Source: a virus. Taken from it: a stretch of DNA of 64,000 nucleotides. Both the position numbers and the translations under genes were made by a program. The stretch spans positions 69,861-133,860 of the IMG/VR virus record IMGVR_UViG_3300049218_000083; one strand, written 5' to 3'. How positions within the stretch are numbered: position 1 is the stretch's first letter; each line of letters opens with the position of its first letter. The notes below the pieces were generated by a model. The model saw only the letters and a program-made list of their open reading frames with translations, was not told the DNA's origin and ran no database searches. Of this stretch, positions 63,036-64,000 are shown piece by piece.

Positions 63036-63550
63036 TTCTTGTATCCCAATTCCTTCAGTCTCTTGATCGTAGTCTTGGCATCCTTGTGGAATATACCAAT
63101 ACCACCTTTCCTCGTCCATTCATCGATATTCTGTTGCTTATCATCGATCAGAATATTCGGTTCTTTTGTGTCACTATTTATGGCAAATTTCTGCTTGTCT
63201 TTACGCTCCACAATATGGATCCTATCGCTAGGAATCATCACATGCGCGCGAAGCCAATTCTTCTTGCCAATAACCGCAACACTCCTCGCTTCTTTGCTCC
63301 ACATTGGGTACGCAGACAGAATCGAAGGATTCCAATATTTGATGTAACCCCAGTATGTATTGAAGTCAGGCATCGGTTCCAATGCCGTCCAAAACTCTAC
63401 CGTGTCACACGCTTCAGCATACTTCTTGTTTCTCGGACCCTGTGCCATGTTCGAAAACGCAGCACTCTCAATATTCATTCCAATTTTTTCTGACGCAGCC
63501 TTGCTGAAATTGCAAGTCACGCCATCCATGTCTGAAAATATCATATACAA
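63032..63550 (-). CDS. HAD 5'(3')-deoxyribonucleotidase-like
   Basis: DMDGV; FWTALEPMP; LIDD..NIDEW..GGIGIFH. Confidence 0.85.
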   Translation of the reverse strand: MYMIFSDMDGVTCNFSKAASEKIGMNIESAAFSNMAQGPRNKKYAEACDTVEFWTALEPMPDFNTYWGYIKYWNPSILSAYPMWSKEARSVAVIGKKNWLRAHVMIPSDRIHIVERKDKQKFAINSDTKEPNILIDDKQQNIDEWTRKGGIGIFHKDAKTTIKRLKELGYKK

Positions 63551-63684
63551 CTCCTGGCGTGCTTTTCCAAGTTTCCAGTATTCTGGAGAACACGCTTACA
63601 CTTTACACATGACCAAGATATCTTAGCTGGGTTATTTGCCACTCCACCTGTTACATGCTTAGGAATTATGTGATGTACATGCAT
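63541..63684 (-). pseudogene. Collapsed HNH remnant
   Basis: MHVHHIIPKHVTGG joined to CVKC..KHARSC. Confidence 0.5.
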
Positions 63685-64000
63685 TACTTCGGTTTGTCTC
63701 CACTTGGAGTCGTCTTGTTCCAATCCTTTGTCTGGATACCAAGCATCGGCTGGATATCAATAGCATGTGCAGGTTTTCCTGTTGCTGTTCGACCCTTTTG
63801 ATTGCCTAGATACTTGCGCTTGACAGTTGATACTCTACCTGTATTTCCGCCAGTCGTTGTTGGTGACTTAAATTTCTTGACTTCGTTATCGCCGTCGACT
63901 TTACCTTTCTGACCAACCTGAACTTCTTCAGCGACTAAAACGTATCCGTGTGTTTCAAAGATAGGATAAAGGTCTTCAAATGACGAAATAACGCTTTCGT
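63684..64000 (-). CDS. Hypothetical protein (partial, C-terminal end only)
   Basis: Open frame from window end to TAA at 63684. Confidence 0.55.
   Translation of the reverse strand, partial: ESVISSFEDLYPIFETHGYVLVAEEVQVGQKGKVDGDNEVKKFKSPTTTGGNTGRVSTVKRKYLGNQKGRTATGKPAHAIDIQPMLGIQTKDWNKTTPSGDKPK

Noticed and set aside
1-64000. Whole-genome TAG recoding (genetic code 15)
   Set aside because: Core genes are full length in code 11, and TAG terminates gp26, clpP, the HNH at 42513 and others at expected positions

Overview
A 64-kb segment of a large T4-like myovirus genome. Nearly all genes lie on the minus strand, except a late plus-strand block at 11.0-16.1 kb. Left part: baseplate/tail module (gp7, 6, 25, 5, hub, 53, 48, 4, 2, 54, 26, 51, tape-measure-like) with several HNH/GIY-YIG homing endonucleases between genes, then gp32/gp59/gp33. 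Middle: auxiliary genes (guaC, SleB-like hydrolase, phoH, a Prs-like plus Nampt-like NAD pair, clpP, DNA ligase, PilZ). Right: about 41 tRNA genes covering all 20 amino acids, class II RNR, thyX, gp61 primase and a candidate lysis cassette. The most striking content is non-coding and absent from the ORF track: a circularly permuted two-piece tmRNA (tag ATENASEEFRLAA), a compact 248-nt RNase P RNA with an intact P4 pseudoknot, an isolated Trp-derived amber-suppressor tRNA(CUA), and several unexplained structured or tRNA-like RNAs. With a GGQ release-factor-like protein, a Pth2-like hydrolase and ClpP, these suggest a phage-encoded tRNA-maturation and ribosome-rescue toolkit. A probable -1 frameshift joins gp26 to a start-less gp51. 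All calls were made by eye, with no database searches, so novelty is unverified.
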